In this document: piece by piece, positions 62,520 to 64,000 of the stretch
Layout of the letters: each line of letters starts with the position of its first letter
Position numbering within the stretch: the first letter of the stretch is position 1
Program-made: the position numbers and the translations under genes
The notes under the pieces: model-generated
What the model was told of the DNA's origin: nothing
The model's database searches: none
The model's input: only the letters and a program-made list of their open reading frames with translations
From: Paragordius varius
Lineage: Eukaryota > Animalia > Nematomorpha
Reading direction: 5' to 3'
DNA length: 64,000 bases
Assembly: GCA_964247055.1 (NCBI GenBank)
Contig: OZ176051.1
Span: forward strand, 7,564,001 to 7,628,000

Positions 62520-64000
62520 ATACTAAAGGTCGGTTTGTCAAATGGATACTAGCAATAAAGGCAAATTATCTTACCGTATATGGTAATATAATAAGAACAC
62601 TTGTTACCAAACTCGTTTTAAACAATTCTGCCATCCTACAATATACAATAACTTGGACACTAAAGAACAAAAAATGGGTCAAAAAGTCTAATGCAATCAG
62701 CATAAGGACACGATTAGCGGCACTTTATTCCACGGTCAACAACTTAATCGCTTTTTGCTTAAAGCAAAACATTATGGTCGCATGCCACATATTTCAAGTA
62801 AGTTATATACAATATATTGGTTATAAATATAAATTGGTAAAATAGAAACAGTGTTACACATTTCTTAAAGTTCGGACACAAATGTTTTCTTAAAGAGCTT
62901 GTGACTATTCTTGTGATTTGATGAAGCTCATAATTATTAATAAGGAAGGGGATATTTGTAATTTAGATGTAGAACCTAATGTTTTAATTGAAAAGGTATT
63001 TTATTTTTTTTATTTAGTTAAAAATAATGGCTTTGGGACATTTTGGAGCATATTTGGATAGTCCCACAGAAAAACAAAGAACTCTATCTCGCTTTAGATT
63101 ATTATATATAAAACAGTTTAGAAAGTTAGATGAATTAAAAAGTATATCCGAAGAAGGTCTTATAGATGAAGGTTATTAGCCCGTAATTTTTAGATGAATT
63201 GTTATTAAAGAAAAGTCCACCCATTTTTTACGATGAAAAAGTTTTCTTTTAAATTTATACCTTGTATAGAGAGATTATCCTTTAGGGCCATCAATAAATG
63301 AGATAATGGTTGCTACAGCTTCTATATCAATTAAACCAGCGCCTAAACCAAATTCAAAAACCGTTTCCCCTAACGTAAATCCTTTTTGTAAATTTATTAT
63401 AGTTCCAATTGGAGATACGAAAAGTTTTACTTACATTGATACAAACATCACACAGTCTTATTTGTTTAAATCCTGAATCAAAGCACGTCTTTCAAATTTT
63501 ACAAAGTAAATAATAAAATGTTTTTTGATGGTATCATACTAAATATCTTTACATTTTGGCAAATTCTATGTAATAAAGGAAAAAATTTTCCTGTAATATT
63601 AAATATGCATAAATTTTTTATTGTTAAATCACAAAATTAGCTATACAATTTTCAAGTATATGAGTGTATATTTTAAGCTAGAGAATTTTTGATAGCTTTT
63701 AATGTCCAAATTTATAACTACGTTTTTAACTCTAATTTTATAATTTAAACTTTCCTTTTTTTATATTATGTTAATTAAAATTATTTTGGTTAATCATTTT
63801 TTATTTTCGGCTTAGCTTCACAAACTCTTTCCCAAACACCTAATCTTAGCGGTTCTAACACAGCTGTGAATAATCCAAATAACTCCAATAATAATGGCGA
63901 TCATACCCCAAACGATGGTGGTTTAGACGCTATTGCAAATTCTCCCGCCCTTCGAAATTTGGAAGAAATGGGTTTTAATAAAAAATTGGCTATGCGGGCT
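62520..64000 (+). CDS. UBAC1: UBAC1 / KPC2 (Ubl-UBA protein), partial; continues beyond the window
   Basis: Exons ~62520-62788, 63018-63171, 63194-63240, 63270-63374, 63403-63505 and 63816-64000 join in phase. EEGLIDEDELLLKK, FQLEIRKVLLTLIQTSHSLICLNPE and the UBA start LRNLEEMGFNKKLAMRA match UBAC1. The start codon is unresolved. Confidence 0.8.

Noticed and set aside
9283-64000. Three ubiquitin-system genes (GID4, OTUD4-like, UBAC1) as a functional cluster
   Set aside because: They are tens of kb apart and separated by unrelated genes, and ubiquitin-system genes are numerous, so this is probably coincidence.

Overview
Very AT-rich (roughly 25% GC by eye, not computed) eukaryotic genomic window, almost certainly from an animal, because the recognisable proteins are metazoan-like. 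Manual splicing recovers about ten intron-containing genes: a hypothetical basic protein (-), a Cyp40/PPID-like gene with a degenerate PPIase domain (+), GID4 (-), an SLC17/sialin-like transporter (+), an OTUD4/ALG13-like OTU+Tudor protein (-), a SOUL/HEBP2-like protein (-), CSE1L/exportin-2 (-), a small UPF0449-like ORF (+), a hypothetical three-exon gene (+) and UBAC1 (+, runs off the window end). There is also an intronless orphan pair of ORFs (561 + 228 aa, -) separated only by one in-frame TAA. The most striking property is a class of ultra-short GT-AG introns: at least 17 of 22-34 nt, most supported by restored reading frame and homology. These alternate with long introns full of non-autonomous DNA transposons: TA-flanked CCATTT-ended MITEs and a foldback element with 21-bp repeats, hAT-type MITEs, Tc1/mariner-like elements and two Helitrons. 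This architecture suggests a reduced parasitic animal such as a myxozoan, orthonectid or dicyemid, but that is inference only. No rRNA, tRNA, CRISPR or prokaryotic features were seen. All family assignments come from manual translation and recalled reference sequences; no database search was run.
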